Assembly (NCBI RefSeq): GCF_006345805.1
Contig: NC_043007.1
Span: 54,126,001 to 54,190,000, forward strand
Source: Octopus sinensis
Lineage: Eukaryota
Direction: 5' to 3'
Length of the DNA stretch: 64,000 nucleotides
Shown piece after piece: positions 55,555 through 64,000 of the stretch; the stretch's first letter is position 1, and every line of letters starts with the position of its first letter. A program made the translations under genes and the position numbers. The notes under the pieces were generated by a model. That model was not told the origin of the DNA. It saw only the letters and a program-made list of their open reading frames with translations, and made no database searches.

Positions 55555-55972
55555 TAATATATGATAATTATATTTTTTAAATGCCTACAACCTTAGTATG
55601 TTGACATCTATAGGCAATTCCATAAGAATTCCAGCCCAGAGTTGTGGGGTGGACATCACCACCACAATCTCCTCATGCTCCTCCAGAATACCTAAAACTC
55701 TCACCAAATCACAGTGAACCAGTACATTCTTAACTCGAATGAAAATTAGATTTACTTTTGACCATAGGCTGAAACAGTTGTAAGAAGTAATTCTTAGGAT
55801 TTCATTCATTTATGATTTTTAAAATCTGTATTTGTATTATTATCTTATCTATTGATTAATATATTTTTGGATGTTTTTATGTTCTTATTTGTAAAATAAT
55901 CCAACATTATAATATCCGTAAGTTGATGAACAAACCAAATTTGTTTCTCCATTTTCTTAATTGTATTATATA

Positions 55973-56005
<33 letters not shown>

Positions 56006-56132
56006 TATATATATATATATATATATAGTTACATATATATATATATGTGTATAATATATATATATATATATATATACATATATATTATGTGTATAATATA
56101 TATATATATATATATGTATACATATATATATA

Positions 56133-59325
<3,193 letters not shown>

Positions 59326-59511
59326 AAATATATATATATATATATAGTATATATCTATATATATATATATATATAATATATATATATATATATAATTATA
59401 ATATATTATCTTATAATATATCATTGTAAGATTGTAAATAAACGTGAAAATCAGACAAGGTTGGAATTCTTTTATTAATATACTTCTATACACAATCACA
59501 CACACCCATAT

Positions 59512-59572
<61 letters not shown>

Positions 59573-59589
59573 CTATTGTGTATATGCCA

Positions 59590-62500
59590 ACATGTCTGGA
59601 AAGCAACAAACAAAATGAACAGAATCAGAAAGAATTCTAATGGAAATTTCATCGAAATTATCAACACTCATCACGATGATTGACACAAATCCTCTATTTT
59701 AAAGGAAATAGAAAACAGTCTACAGACGGAAACTTGAAATGAACAATTAAACTCTGAAATTAAGAATTTAGCTGAAATGATACCAACAATTATAAAATCT
59801 ACAAGAGAAAGCCTACCACAACCTCCTTGGATGTCAGAAATAAACGAAAGAAATCTGGAAAAAGAGGCACACCGAAAAAGAGAAGAGATACAGAAGACAT
59901 GGAAAAAACTCCTTAACATAAGAAAACAAAAGTTCTGGAAGGCATATAAATGCGAAAAATATGCTGAAATACATTCGAATTGGATATCCTTAGCGGCACC
60001 CATACTTCCTCGGAAGTACCTAATTAAAGAAATTGCAGAAGAACCAGAGGAAGAAACAAAACTTCGATGGGACCTTAGTTTGATAAAATTCAGGACCGAC
60101 ATCTCCTTACCCTGTCTAAACAATCCCGCTACAAAGCCAAAAACGAAGCTATCGATGATCAAATCAGAGATGAAATATCCAAACTAACGACCGCAGGCCT
60201 ATAGCAGAAAAATGCGAGAACTATGGATCAGAGATATCTCAAAAGAAGAAAGCAGATCAAGAAAGTTTTGGTAGCGGAAACAATTATTTCTCTCGACAAA
60301 TATGCTACAAATTACGGTAAAGACACCAGAACTCCGAGAAATAGCATTAAAAGTGGACAACCTCACCAACGCAACATACACCAGAACACGTGGCAACATG
60401 AACACCCGTTTCACCACGAATCGAAGACGAACTACGGTAAGAACTCTTCCCTTTTTGTATGCAAACACCCTAATGCACACAACATGAACAAAAAGCACAA
60501 ACAAAATAGATATTGTTTTGAACAGACCATTAGCAGTAGAAATAACAGGAGATCATTTTCAAGACCTCAACAGAGATTACCAACAAGAAACTGGACAAAA
60601 AACCGATCTAGATCTAGAAGTAAACCCAGATCATTTCTCCAGGTGGTTAAAAACAATGCTAACAAGAAATTGAAAAGTAGCATACATAATATCAAAAACA
60701 AGACAGAAAACATAACGAAACCAAGTAAAATACCACAACCAAAACGCAAAATTCATCAAGCAAACATCAACAGGAATATAAATCATAAACAGGAAAAAAA
60801 TCCATTTTTTTACGTCAGGACAACAAACACCGGAGAAAGAAAAAATCCAAGAGGAAACATACCCCAAACAACTGAACGTATAGATCCTAAAATAATTAAT
60901 TTATCAAAAAGAGATCTTGACAATGATGAAATCCAACTTCTGTCAAAGGACTGAAATTCACACCTACACCAACAGCCAACCACCAAGAATTAAGGAGGAT
61001 ATCCAAAAATTCTGTCGAAAATTACGACTTGTAGAATTCTTCGCTAACAAAAGTAATGAGATTGATGAATCCCTAGTAAGGAAATATCAAATTTCACTCC
61101 ACCAAAAGGAAGAAATAACTACCTTGACCAATACATTGATATCCTGTCTAAATTTCCCCTTAGACGCAATACCAATGTTAGGCCAAACATTAGCAAATCA
61201 GAGATGTCTGCATGTAAACGTATACAAAACGATCAAACAATAATAATTAACAAGCAGATAAAGGTGGTGCAATTGTTATTATGGATACCGAATACTATAG
61301 GATTTGGTTGAAGACCAACTGAAGGATACAACCTTCTATTGTGAAATACCCACAAATATAGACCACCACATCATGAAAAAGATCAACAACCTGATCTCAA
61401 CACACCACAACTCACTTACGGATAATGAAAAAGACTACATCACCAATTTCGAACCAAAACCCAGCAACTTCTATGGCTTACCAAAAATACACAAATCAAA
61501 AAATATTCAACAGGCAGTAAAAGAATTACATCCAAATTAGAGGCACGGCGATGGGAACGAGGTTTGCTCCCGTTTACGCCAACTCTGTAATGGGATACTT
61601 AGAACAACAACTCTACCAAGAGGTGGAGGTAAACTATAGCACTGGATTTAGAAAGTATATTGAAAAGGCATGGAAGAGATACCTAGACGACTGCTTCATA
61701 ATCTGGACAGAATCTCTAATACTCTGGAAGAGTTCAATATCCTCCTGAACAACCTACACCCATCTCCAATTTACAAAGGAGATGAGTAGTACCAAATTAC
61801 CATTCCTAGATATAATGGTAATTAAAAAAGACACCACCATCACCACGATATATACTATAAACACACAGACACACATCAATACCTAAATTTTAAGTCGTGC
61901 CATCCACCACATACAAAACGTAACATCCCATACTGCCTAGCCAGAAGAATTTGTACCATTGTAGAAGATGCAAATATCAGGAACAAACGCCTAATAGAAC
62001 TAAGAGAATTTTTGCTCAAAACAAAAAATACCCATCTCTACTTATAGAAAATGGCATACAGCGGGCTATAAAAATACCCATACAACAACTTAGGAAACCC
62101 AGGGAGAGGAAAACAAGAACAAGTCATACCATTCATAGTGACACACAACCCATGTCACCAGATATCTTCAACATTGCCAAAGAAAACCTACCTATCATTG
62201 CCCAAAGCAATGAATTAAAAGACATAATCACGGATCGAGCTATGGTGCTTAGTAAAAGACAGCCTAAAAACTTGAAAACATTACTAACAAAGCAAAATTG
62301 ACCTTAGCAAAGACCAAACATTCACGGTATCTAAATGCAATGATAGCCGATGTGGCACATGCCAATTCATACATACCGGTCAATATATAACACAAAACCG
62401 GGAAAATATTCACAAACGCGAATATGAACTGCAAAGCAGAAATTTAATTTACTGCATCAAATGCCCAAATTGTGAAGAAATATATGTAGGTCAGACGGGA

Positions 62501-62710
62501 AAACGCACTATTAGAACGCTCACGGGTACACCGGCAACAGATTAGAGACCCAGAGGTCCGTCAGATACCTTTGAGTAACCACCTAGCAACATGTGGCCGG
62601 AAAATGTATATAATATTTCCGTTCTACAAATTACACAGCCCAAGTGAAATCGAGAGGAGAATCAGAGAAAAGGATTTTATTGATAAATTCGAACCCAAGC
62701 TAAATAAGCA
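59590..62710 (+). pseudogene. Long Penelope-like element (Neptune-like), many frameshifts and an RT deletion
   Basis: INLSKRDL..LSKGLKFTPTP, DKGGAIVIMD, FYGLPKIHK, MGTRFAPVYAN, WKRYLDDCF, LIYCIKCPNC..YVGQTG. Confidence 0.88.
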
Positions 62711-63352
62711 ATAATAATAATACTTAGAGGTACTACTTCCACTGCTACGACCATGACCACTAACAACAACAACAATACTAAAGGTGATCAAGATGAAGAT
62801 AGCAGGAAAATTATCTTATTTAGGGATAAAAGTTCTATTGCCACCACCATTACCACTAGCAACAATAATTAAGGTGCTGACAATGATGATGATGACAATT
62901 GAAATATAAAAATATAAAAATCTCTGACAAAGGATATTTACAACATTTCTAAAAATAACCCAACAATTGCTGCTTCGGCCAGTTAACAAGAATTGTATTG
63001 GCATTTATACATTTAGGCAGGTTTAAAGGGGTGGTGGTGGGGGACTTTTTGGGGGTAGGCATAGCGCAAAGAAATCATACTTGGGGGAGTGGTCAAGGAG
63101 TCAGTGGTAAATTAGATAGAAGAATAAATAAAAGAATAAAAAAAGGGGAATAAAAAATATATATATAGAAGAATAGAGTTTTAGGTAAATAAGGAAATTC
63201 TCACTTATACCTATACACATATGTATACATATATACACACACACATATACATACACACATACATACACACACACCCATAATAATATATATATATATATAT
63301 ATAATACACACAACATATACCATACATATGTCTACATATACATATATATATA

Positions 63353-63452
63353 NNNNNNNNNNNNNNNNNNNNNNNNNNNNNNNNNNNNNNNNNNNNNNNN
63401 NNNNNNNNNNNNNNNNNNNNNNNNNNNNNNNNNNNNNNNNNNNNNNNNNNNN
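63353..63452. other. Assembly gap (100 N)
   Basis: Run of N. Confidence 1.
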
Positions 63453-63680
63453 TCCGCTTTCCGCGCTAGCACGGGTTGGACGGTTTGACCTGACCCGGTC
63501 TGGGAAGCCAGGGGCCGCTCCAGGCTCCAGTCTGAATCTGGCAGAGTTGCTACGGCTGGATGCCCTTCCTAACGCCAACCACTCCGTGAGTGATTGGGTG
63601 CTTTTTACGTGCCCCTGCACAGGGGCCGGAGGGTCCGGCATCGTCACGATCGGATTCGAGCATTTTAACGTGTCAGCGGC
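63453..63680 (-). mobile_element. RTE-type 3' tail, followed by short GGGGTACTT-containing repeats
   Basis: Similar to 1870-2060. Confidence 0.75.
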
Positions 63681-64000
63681 ACGGGGGCAACGAGGTCCGG
63701 GGTACTTTGGGGATTGGGGTATTTTGGGGATCCGGGGTACTTTGGGGATCCGGGGTACTTAGAATGGGTAGGGGGGTACTTAGAATGGTTAGGTGACGAG
63801 GCGGGAGGGTACTAAAGGGGATGGTCGGATGTGAGGCATGTCAGGAGGAAGCGTAAGATCGGTGGGCAGTTGATGAGCTATGGCGCTAGCAGCTTGTCTT
63901 AAGCATATGAGGAGAAGTTGGTAGTGGGAGGAGGAGGAGGGAGTAGGCGTACCCAGTGTAGATGAGTAAGGTGTATCCGGTGTAGATAGAGAGAACGGGG

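Overview
Eukaryotic, AT-rich DNA made almost entirely of transposable elements, with abundant (TA)n, (AAT)n and (GA)n microsatellites and a 100-N gap at 63353-63452. The SINE families look like those of octopus/cephalopods; this is an inference from recall, not a search result. No convincing host gene is present apart from one 48-nt candidate exon. The window holds three related Gypsy LTR elements (one with intact gag and pol), an L1/Tx1-type LINE, two R4/Dong-type LINEs in (AAT)n, an RTE LINE, several Penelope-like elements and pLTR remnants, a decayed Helitron, Tc1/mariner relics, many SINEs and a 4.7-kb array of ~320-430-bp units. Most notable observations: (1) the L1/Tx1 LINE sits between 14-bp TSDs, has no poly(A) tail, and ends in a perfect hammerhead ribozyme followed by a 158-bp inverted copy of its own 5' UTR; (2) all three Gypsy elements lack a TGG primer-binding site and instead carry a site complementary to nt 1-12 of tRNA-Phe; (3) one hammerhead has its three strands in a non-circularly permuted order; (4) there are several more hammerheads, one split by a 3.8-kb LTR insertion; (5) the tandem array looks like a promoter-monomer head on an RTE-tailed retroposon. 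All alignments and pairings were read by eye.
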